Below are positions 27,367 through 34,000 of a stretch of DNA of 37,606 nucleotides, piece after piece. Position 1 is the first letter of the stretch; every line of letters starts with the position of its first letter. Origin of the DNA: Candidatus Magasanikiibacteriota bacterium. GTDB taxonomy: Bacteria; Patescibacteriota; Patescibacteriia; Magasanikbacterales; GWA2-37-8. The notes under the pieces were generated by a model, which worked only from the letters and a program-made list of their open reading frames with translations, was not told the DNA's origin and did no database searches. A program made the position numbers and the translations under genes. The DNA lies in assembly GCA_036172155.1 (NCBI GenBank), contig JAVHSM010000043.1, forward strand, positions 1 to 37,606, in the 5' to 3' direction.

Positions 27367-27846
27367 ATGTTTAATATTCAGATAGTTTGTTTGGGAAAAC
27401 TCAAAGAAAGTTATTGGTCGGAGGCAGAAAAAGAATACCTCAAACGCTTGCAAGCGTTTGCCAAAGTTCAGGTGATAGAAATAAAAGAGGAGTCCTTTGA
27501 TGAAAAAATTCCGGTCAATATTATAAAAGAAAAAGAAGCTCAAAAAATAAAAGACGCTCTAAATAAAATTAAGAGCAAATTTTTGTTTGTATTGGACGAG
27601 CACGGCAAACAATTTTCTTCGGTAGATTTTTCCAAAAAATTATCCGGCCTAGTGCTAGAAGGAAACAGTAATTTTGTTTTTATAATCGGCGGGCCGCTTG
27701 GGTTGGATGAGTCGGTTTTGAAAATGGCCAATTTAAAGCTATCTTTTTCTTCTTTTACCTTTACCCATCAAATGATTCGGGTATTTCTGTTGGAACAAAT
27801 TTATCGGGCGATGATGATTGCCGGTAACCGACAATATCATTATTAG
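27367..27846 (+). CDS. rlmH: 23S rRNA m3Psi1915 methyltransferase RlmH
   Basis: GKLKE, EY.KRL, LDE.GK..SS, FIIGGPLG, TFTHQM.RV.LLEQIYRA, YH; start taken as the ATG at 27367. Confidence 0.96.
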   Translation: MFNIQIVCLGKLKESYWSEAEKEYLKRLQAFAKVQVIEIKEESFDEKIPVNIIKEKEAQKIKDALNKIKSKFLFVLDEHGKQFSSVDFSKKLSGLVLEGNSNFVFIIGGPLGLDESVLKMANLKLSFSSFTFTHQMIRVFLLEQIYRAMMIAGNRQYHY

Positions 27847-27914
27847 TTGGTTGTTTGCTATTTACAGTTTGGTAAATTTGCTCTAAAATATCAGTATTAT
27901 ATTATTATTTTCTT

Positions 27915-28895
27915 ATGTCCAAACCAGTAATAGTCTCTGGCATTCAACCCACCGGTAATCTGCATATTGGTAATTATTTGGGAGCGGTGAAAAATTTTGT
28001 GGAATTACAAAATTCTGGAAAATATGATTTGTATATTTTTATTGCCGATTTACATTCATTGTCTGGAAAAATTCCTGCCGCGCAATTGCGAGAACAGATA
28101 AAAATTACAGCTGCTGAATTACTGTCAGCCGGTATTGATCCAGACAAAACCACTTTTTTTGTTCAGTCGCATGTGTATGAACATACTGAGTTGGGATGGA
28201 TTTTTAATTGTGTTACCCCGATGGGCGAGTTGGAACGCATGACTCAATACAAAGATAAAATTTCTCAACAAATTTCAGCGACAGCCGGATTGTTTACTTA
28301 TCCAATTTTACAAGCGGCTGATATATTAATATATAAAGGTTCGTTGGTGCCGGTTGGACAAGACCAAATTCAGCATGTGGAATTGACGCGTGATATCGCG
28401 CGCTGGTTCAACAATAAATATGGAGAATTTTTTCCAGAGGCCAAACATCTGTTGACGACAGTACCAAAAGTGATGAGTTTGTTGGAGCCGGAAAAGAAAA
28501 TGAGTAAAAGTTTGGGGGCAGGGCATGTGATAGAAATGTGTGAAACATCACAGGAAATAGAAAATAAAATCAAAAAAGCGGTGACAGCGACTGTCGGTGG
28601 TGAGGCGGCGCCTGGGGTGGCCAATCTATTAGGTTTGTTGAAAGAATTTGGTGATAAAAATGTTTATAATCAATTTGTGAAGGCCGAAAAACAAGGAGAT
28701 ATACGCTATGGTGATCTGAAAAAAGCCCTTAGCGAAGCATTGGCTTCATATTTTGAGCAATTTAGAACAAAGCGAGCCAAACTGTTGAACGATACCAAAA
28801 AATTAGATAAAATTTTGGCCAAAGGTGCCAAAAAAGCACAAAAAGTAGCCAAGCCAAACATGGAAGAAATCCGAAAATTAGTGGGTATCAGATAA
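27915..28895 (+). CDS. trpS: Tryptophan--tRNA ligase
   Basis: SGIQPTG.LHIGNYLG, YPILQAADIL, VPVG.DQ.QH.E, KMSKS. Confidence 0.98.
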   Translation: MSKPVIVSGIQPTGNLHIGNYLGAVKNFVELQNSGKYDLYIFIADLHSLSGKIPAAQLREQIKITAAELLSAGIDPDKTTFFVQSHVYEHTELGWIFNCVTPMGELERMTQYKDKISQQISATAGLFTYPILQAADILIYKGSLVPVGQDQIQHVELTRDIARWFNNKYGEFFPEAKHLLTTVPKVMSLLEPEKKMSKSLGAGHVIEMCETSQEIENKIKKAVTATVGGEAAPGVANLLGLLKEFGDKNVYNQFVKAEKQGDIRYGDLKKALSEALASYFEQFRTKRAKLLNDTKKLDKILAKGAKKAQKVAKPNMEEIRKLVGIR

Positions 28896-28899
28896 ATAG

Positions 28900-28927
28900 T
28901 TGACAGAAATGTTGGCTGTGATAAAGT
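28900..28927 (+). promoter_or_regulatory. Sigma70-like promoter for the leader/tRNA-Asn unit
   Basis: TTGACA (28900-28905), 16 bp, extended -10 TGnTAAAGT (28919-28927); predicted +1 at or near the A of ATG 28934. Confidence 0.75.
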
Positions 28928-28933
28928 GTCTAT

Positions 28934-28981
28934 ATGAAAAATATTTTTTCCACAAATAATAATAACAATAATAATCCCTGA
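28934..28981 (+). CDS. Asn-rich leader peptide MKNIFSTNNNNNNNP (putative attenuator peptide)
   Basis: ATG AAA AAT ATT TTT TCC ACA AAT AAT AAT AAC AAT AAT AAT CCC TGA; 8 of 15 codons are Asn, 7 of them consecutive. Confidence 0.8.
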   Translation: MKNIFSTNNNNNNNP

Positions 28982-28983
28982 GA

Positions 28984-29035
28984 AGCCGGACGAATTTTTC
29001 GATTCTATCCCGGCTAATCAGTCGGGATTTTTTAT
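28984..29035 (+). terminator. Attenuator: overlapping antiterminator and terminator
   Basis: Terminator ATCCCGGCT-AATC-AGTCGGGAT-TTTTT (29007-29033). Alternative pairing AGCCGG (28984-28989) with CCGGCT (29010-29015), with inner GAAT/ATTC. Confidence 0.8.
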
Positions 29036-29107
29036 TCCTGGGTAGTTGAGCGGTACAACGCCACGCTGTTAACGTGGATTTCCTTGGTTCGAGTCCAAGC
29101 CCAGGAG
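29036..29107 (+). tRNA. tRNA-Asn(GTT)
   Basis: TCCTGGG/CCCAGGA acceptor, GTTG/CAAC D stem, CCACG-CTGTTAA-CGTGG, CTTGG-TTCGAGT-CCAAG, G73; CCA not encoded. Confidence 0.95.
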
Positions 29108-29112
29108 CAAAT

Positions 29113-29144
29113 ATAAAAACAGGCCTTATTCGGTCTATTTTTAT
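29113..29144 (+). terminator. Probable weak terminator after tRNA-Asn
   Basis: ATAAAAACAGGCC-TTATTC-GGTCTATTTTTAT. Confidence 0.55.
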
Positions 29145-29173
29145 GTGTTATAATATAGTCATAAATTATATCT

Positions 29174-30145
29174 ATGAGTTTTCGGTTTAAAATTATTTTA
29201 TTTATATTTTTATTGAGTCTGTTTTTATTTCCGGCAATTTCAAATGCCGCCGGTGTTGGGTTTGTGCCAAGTAGTCGTCTCTGGTTTTCCAGTTTGGTTT
29301 TTCCTCCGAAAGAATCGACCAATATCTATACGGTTATTATCAATAATAATTATTTTTCTTTGGATGCGATTGTTGGTTTTTATGTTGATGAAAAATTAAT
29401 TGATACGACTTATATTAGTAGTTTGAAAAAAGAGCAAGCAGTCCAAGCAAAAGGTAATTGGTGGCCGACTGAAGGTCAGCACTCGATTTCGGTAAAGTTT
29501 GTCAAGGCTACCGCCATCGACGCCAATGGTAATAAAACCGAATTGAATGTTCAAGAATTTAATACCGTGGATAGTACGGCAGTTCAAATAGGTGATAGTT
29601 TGCCAGTGAATAATTCTGCGAACGGTATGTCATCTACTGTTTTGTCTGTTTTAAATAACAACACTAATATTGGTTTGGCTAACACTCCGATGATAAATTT
29701 AAATATAGAAAAAAATGGAAATAATCTGGCAGTGGTAGCGGTCGGTCCGGCGGTCGCCACCAGTGAAAGCGAGCAACTGCAACAAACCATGGAACAAAAA
29801 ATACAAACAGCCATACAGCAAGGTCAGGATATCAGAAATAAAATTGTATCTGTCTTTAATACCGCTTCATCTGGAATTCATTCGGCTAGCGACGCCTATA
29901 CCAAAACTAAGTCAATGATAAATGATGCCAGCCAATATGTTGATAAAAATAAAATAACTCAGGCGTGGCCGGAGTTATTAACTAATAAGATTAAAATATG
30001 GTGGGCGTCGTTTTGGAGTGTGTCGGATTTCAGAAATAACCTTGCTTGGGTTTTTCGAATTGTTTTCTTCTTAGTGTTGTTTTATCTACTGATAAAGATG
30101 GTCAGAGTATTTTTTCACCGTCGCCGATATGATGAAGATGATTAG
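29174..30145 (+). CDS. Hypothetical exported protein with an Ig/CARDB-like N-terminal domain and C-terminal TM anchor
   Basis: Signal peptide, beta-rich region (V.FYVD...W.PTEG.HSI.V), helical region, TM followed by RRR; extended -10 TGnTATAAT at 29146-29154. Confidence 0.75.
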   Translation: MSFRFKIILFIFLLSLFLFPAISNAAGVGFVPSSRLWFSSLVFPPKESTNIYTVIINNNYFSLDAIVGFYVDEKLIDTTYISSLKKEQAVQAKGNWWPTEGQHSISVKFVKATAIDANGNKTELNVQEFNTVDSTAVQIGDSLPVNNSANGMSSTVLSVLNNNTNIGLANTPMINLNIEKNGNNLAVVAVGPAVATSESEQLQQTMEQKIQTAIQQGQDIRNKIVSVFNTASSGIHSASDAYTKTKSMINDASQYVDKNKITQAWPELLTNKIKIWWASFWSVSDFRNNLAWVFRIVFFLVLFYLLIKMVRVFFHRRRYDEDD

Positions 30146-30148
30146 CCG

Positions 30149-31252
30149 TTAAAAATTTGTGGTGCCAGTCACCAAAAAATTGTCAGCTATTTTTTTAATA
30201 GTTATATTTAAAAGACGCAGAGCGTCTTTTAAATTTTGTGCGCCTAAGCCGCCGATAGCACCCAAAGCATTTTGACTGCCGATAATTATCGGAGCATAAA
30301 AAACGTAAATTTTATCGGCTATTTTATTTTCAACAAAATATCCCAAAGTTTGACTACCACCTTCAACCAATACGCTGGTAATATTTCTTTTGGTTAATTC
30401 CGAAAGCATTTGTTTTATGGTAATAATTTTACTTGAAAAAACTATTACTTGAAAATCTTTTTCTTGTAAATATTTCTTTTTCTTTTTATCACAAAGTATC
30501 GTGGTGAGAATCAAAATATTTTTGTCGCGTAAAATTTGACTGTTCATTGGTAGTGAAAGTTTTGGATCCAGAATTATTCTCGTTGGGTCTTTTTTATTTT
30601 TTGTTCTGGTGCCCAAATGAGGATCGTCGGCTAGTACTGTGCCAACCCCTACTAGTACAGCCTGATACTGACCTCGTAAATCACGGGCGTAAGCACGCGC
30701 TTTTTCATTTGTGATCCACTTGGATTCACCTTTGGCGGTGGCGATTTTTCCATCCAAACTGGCGGCGAATTTTAATACGATATAAGGACGATGTTTTTCA
30801 AAAAAAGTAAAAAATGGAGCGTTTAGTTCTCTGGCGCTTTCTTTTAGTTCGTCTATTACTACCGTTTCAATTCCGAATGCTTGTAATTTTTTTAATCCTT
30901 GACCACTAACCTGTGAATTTGGATCCAAGGTGGCACACACTACTTTTTTGATGCCGGCTTTGATAATAGCCTCGGTGCAGGGAGGAGTTTTTTTACCCAA
31001 ATGACAACACGGTTCAAGGCTGACATATAGCGTAGCGCCTTTGATATCGGATTTGCTGGCGTTGAAAGCTTCGATTTCGGCATGTGGGCCGCCAAATTTT
31101 TTATGGTAGCCCTTGCTAATAATTTTTCCATTTTTTACAACCACTGCACCCACCATTGGATTGGGATTGACCCAGCCAGTGCCTTTTTTGGCCAGACGCA
31201 GAGCTTCTTTTAAAAATTTTATATCCGCGGAAGAAAAATTTTTGTTGGCCAT
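30149..31252 (-). CDS. ribD: Riboflavin biosynthesis deaminase/reductase RibD
   Basis: PNP.VGAV, HAE, LEPC.H...TPPC, A.SLDGKIA, SKWIT, LVEGG. Confidence 0.97.
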   Translation of the reverse strand: MANKNFSSADIKFLKEALRLAKKGTGWVNPNPMVGAVVVKNGKIISKGYHKKFGGPHAEIEAFNASKSDIKGATLYVSLEPCCHLGKKTPPCTEAIIKAGIKKVVCATLDPNSQVSGQGLKKLQAFGIETVVIDELKESARELNAPFFTFFEKHRPYIVLKFAASLDGKIATAKGESKWITNEKARAYARDLRGQYQAVLVGVGTVLADDPHLGTRTKNKKDPTRIILDPKLSLPMNSQILRDKNILILTTILCDKKKKKYLQEKDFQVIVFSSKIITIKQMLSELTKRNITSVLVEGGSQTLGYFVENKIADKIYVFYAPIIIGSQNALGAIGGLGAQNLKDALRLLNITIKKIADNFLVTGTTNF

Positions 31253-31254
31253 AT

Positions 31255-31866
31255 TTAAATATTATGAAGGAGATGCCCCATTTTTATTTTTTTTGTTGTT
31301 AGATAAAAAGAATCAAATTTGTTTGGTTTTATTTCCAAAGGAACACGCTTGGATACGGTGATACCGTGTTTTTCCAACTGAGTAATCTTGTCGGGATTAT
31401 TGGTAAGGAGATTTATTTTTGTGATACCAAGTTTTTTTAAAATATTGGCGGCGGTCGTGTATTCGCGAGCATCAACCGTCAATCCCAAAGCCAAATTGGC
31501 CTCGACCGTATCTAATTTTTTTTCTTGCAAAGCATAGGCTTTTATTTTGTTTATCAGTCCGATGTCACGGCCTTCTTGGTTGAGATAAATGATTAGGCCA
31601 CTGCCATGTTTGGCGATTAACTCCATGCTTTTTTGTAATTGCGCCCCACAATCACAACGCAAAGACAAAAGCGTGTCGCTGGTAAAGCATTGAGAGTGCA
31701 ACCGAACTAAGGTCGGTTGTTTTTTTATATCACCCATTGATAATACCACCTGTTCGCGTTTGTCCGGAGCAGAAGTATAAATAGAGATTTGGAACAAACC
31801 AAATTTATTTGGCAAAGAAGCCGAGGCTAATGTGATGATAGACTGTGGGGAAGTATTTTTTTTCAT
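31255..31866 (-). CDS. ribA: GTP cyclohydrolase II (monofunctional)
   Basis: VRLHS.C.T.D...SLRCDCG.QL, QEGR.IGL.NK..AY.LQ, LLTNNP.K; start taken as the ATG at 31866. Confidence 0.95.
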   Translation of the reverse strand: MKKNTSPQSIITLASASLPNKFGLFQISIYTSAPDKREQVVLSMGDIKKQPTLVRLHSQCFTSDTLLSLRCDCGAQLQKSMELIAKHGSGLIIYLNQEGRDIGLINKIKAYALQEKKLDTVEANLALGLTVDAREYTTAANILKKLGITKINLLTNNPDKITQLEKHGITVSKRVPLEIKPNKFDSFYLTTKKIKMGHLLHNI

Positions 31867-31870
31867 GTTT

Positions 31871-32314
31871 TTATATTTTTGACAAAGTTTCCAACATGGC
31901 GAGTGCCGTCTGTGCCGCACTGATACCACGATTTAATTCTGGTTTAGTTGAACGATCGACAGCGTCTTGAATATAATAAACTGCCAACACCTCAAAAATA
32001 ACCGGAATTTCGTATTCCACCGAGATGTCCATGCAAGCCCGCGCACATTCATCGGCGATCAATTCAAAATGATAAGTTTTGCCTTTGTGAATAGCGCCAA
32101 AAGCCACTATCGCATCGTAAGTATTTTTCTTGGCCAATTTCTTGGCGGCCAGCGGGATTTCAAATGAACCAGGTACTCGGAAAATATCCACTTGATTTTT
32201 TTGCAGGCCGTTTTCTTCCAGTGTTTTCACACAATCATTTTCCAAATTGGTGACAATGTCCGACCAAAAGGCACTACTAACAATAGCGATTTTGAGATCT
32301 TTAATTTGTTTCAT
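31871..32314 (-). CDS. ribH: 6,7-dimethyl-8-ribityllumazine synthase
   Basis: IAIV, VPGSFEIP, YDAIVA.G...KG.TYHFE, PVIF.VL; start taken as the ATG at 32314. Confidence 0.94.
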   Translation of the reverse strand: MKQIKDLKIAIVSSAFWSDIVTNLENDCVKTLEENGLQKNQVDIFRVPGSFEIPLAAKKLAKKNTYDAIVAFGAIHKGKTYHFELIADECARACMDISVEYEIPVIFEVLAVYYIQDAVDRSTKPELNRGISAAQTALAMLETLSKI

Positions 32315-32343
32315 ATTATGTATATTATGGCACGGTGGCCAAA

Positions 32344-32423
32344 TGTCATCCTGATCCGCCAAAGGCACAGAAGGATCCCTTAACAACCAATACAAGGGAT
32401 TCCTCATTTCATTCAGAATGACA
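32344..32423. repeat. REPIN-like inverted dimer of REP units (copy 1)
   Basis: TGTCATCCTGATCCGCC...GGATCCCT-N14-AGGGATTCCTC...CAGAATGACA; supplies the riboflavin synthase stop codon. Confidence 0.8.
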
Positions 32424-33009
32424 ATCCGTGTCGTTTTTTATTAAATTTTTCTAAATATTTGGCAAGAATATCCGTTTCAATATTTACAGCATCATTAATA
32501 TGTAATTGATGTAGCATAGTATTTTTCCAAGTAAATGGAATGATACCGACTGTAAAATATTTTTTTGTAGCGGAAATGACTGTCAGAGAGATACCGTTGA
32601 GTGCAACCGAGCCTTTTTCTACGATGTATCGTTGTAAATTATCTGAGATCGCTATTTTTAATATATAGCTGTTACCATCTTTTTCGATTTCAGTGGTATA
32701 TCCTGTACCATCAATATGTCCTTGTATGATATGGCCGGACAAAAATGTTTCCATCGTGACTGGTAGCTCCAAATTCACCAGATCATCCGGTTTTATATTG
32801 CTAAGCATTGTTTTTTGCAAAGTCTCCAACATCGCTGAAACGGAAAAATAGTTTTGACCAAATTTTTCCACTGTCAGGCAAGCACCGTTTATAGCTACGC
32901 TGGTACCTTTTTTTAGTTTTTTACAAAAAGATTTTGGAGCGGAAAAAATAAAACCGCTTCTGTCGGTTTTCTTCAATTTGCCAAGGTCGGTGATTATACC
33001 GGTGAACAT
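32413..33009 (-). CDS. ribE: Riboflavin synthase (alpha chain; ribC in E. coli nomenclature)
   Basis: MFTGII start, SVAINGACLTV, VNLE, GH..QGHIDG, KGSVALNGISLTV, VNIETD. Confidence 0.96.
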   Translation of the reverse strand: MFTGIITDLGKLKKTDRSGFIFSAPKSFCKKLKKGTSVAINGACLTVEKFGQNYFSVSAMLETLQKTMLSNIKPDDLVNLELPVTMETFLSGHIIQGHIDGTGYTTEIEKDGNSYILKIAISDNLQRYIVEKGSVALNGISLTVISATKKYFTVGIIPFTWKNTMLHQLHINDAVNIETDILAKYLEKFNKKRHGLSF

Positions 33010-33100
33010 GTTGTTGATTTTATTAATTGATGTACCTATATTACTGAAAAAAGCAGGAGTAGTCAACTGTAACTGGTCAACCATTAAACCGTTGTTTCTT

Positions 33101-33190
33101 TGTCATTCCCGTGGAAACAGGAATCTAAAACGTGGTTTAATAAGATTCCCGCTCCCCACTTTCGTGAGGACAAGCTTCGCAGGAATGACA
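33101..33190. repeat. Inverted pair of REP-like palindromes
   Basis: TGTCATTCCCGTGGAAACAGGAATCT ... AGATTCCCGC(insert)GCAGGAATGACA. Confidence 0.8.
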
Positions 33191-33306
33191 AACTGGCTTG
33201 TTTGGTGCGTATTAATGGTGTGACAGCGACTGCCGTGGCTTTTAATTGGCTTTAAAATTTGGTATAATATGTAATAAGACTAATTTATTCATTTTATTTG
33301 TTGTCT

Positions 33307-33756
33307 ATGCAAATTTCAGACAAATTACCGCAATTTATCGATGATAGCGCCCTATTATTGGTGACCGGCTCTCAGGAAGCAGACATTTATTTGGCTAAAA
33401 ATGCCGAGATTTTGGCAATCGGTAGTGTGGTTTTAGAAAAAAGCCACTATTCAGACCGTGAGGATTTTGGACGACGCGGATCGATCGTATTCGAGTCCGA
33501 TGCTAAGTCTGAAAAAATAAAAACCGCCAAACGCACCGATTTTTTGAAATTGTTTAAAGATTATGTGAAAGATTTGTCGGTTGAACAGAAAGTAAAAAAA
33601 GTATATTTGTATGCACCGGCTGAAAATTTGGCTGATCTCAAAAAATCCCTACCGGTGGCTTTGCAGAAAAAATTAAAAGGCGTATTTGAAGGAAATTTCC
33701 ACAAAGAAAAACCGTTTGATCTTTTGAAAAAGATTATCAAAAAACCATTAAAATAA
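33307..33756 (+). CDS. Host-attachment-protein / baeRF-like family protein
   Basis: Pattern LLV.....A..Y, YSDRE, F...F, VYLYAP...L..LK..LP..LQ, GNF.K resembles this family; from recall only. Confidence 0.55.
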   Translation: MQISDKLPQFIDDSALLLVTGSQEADIYLAKNAEILAIGSVVLEKSHYSDREDFGRRGSIVFESDAKSEKIKTAKRTDFLKLFKDYVKDLSVEQKVKKVYLYAPAENLADLKKSLPVALQKKLKGVFEGNFHKEKPFDLLKKIIKKPLK

Positions 33757-33804
33757 TTTTTTTATATCAACAAAGTTATCACCAAACAACGAAAATCGTT
33801 TAAT

Positions 33805-33884
33805 TGTCATTCTGAACGAAACGAAGAATCCCTTATATTGGACGCTAAGGGATCCTTCTCCGTCTGTGGCGGATAAGGATGACA
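33805..33884. repeat. REPIN-like inverted dimer (copy 2, opposite orientation)
   Basis: Reverse complement aligns end-to-end with 32344-32423. Confidence 0.8.
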
Positions 33885-34000
33885 TTTGGCGACAGCGCCA
33901 AAACACCGCGGAAAAAACTCGCGGTGTTTTGTTTTTTTTAAATATATTTGGTATAATGTTATAAATTAAATTTATTAATATTCTAATATTTGGGGGGGGT

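Noticed and set aside
27847-27914. T-box or leader peptide upstream of trpS; (ATT)n run
   Set aside because: The spacer is only about 70 bp, with no T-box motif, no ATG-led ORF and no terminator.
28955-28975. Neutral (AAT)n microsatellite with the hairpin as a plain trpS terminator
   Set aside because: Not excluded but disfavoured: the run is in frame with an ATG at the predicted TSS, the one interruption is synonymous, an antiterminator is correctly placed, and the amino acid matches the downstream tRNA.
33010-33200. FMN riboswitch upstream of the rib genes
   Set aside because: The structure there is a REP pair; RFN consensus segments are absent.
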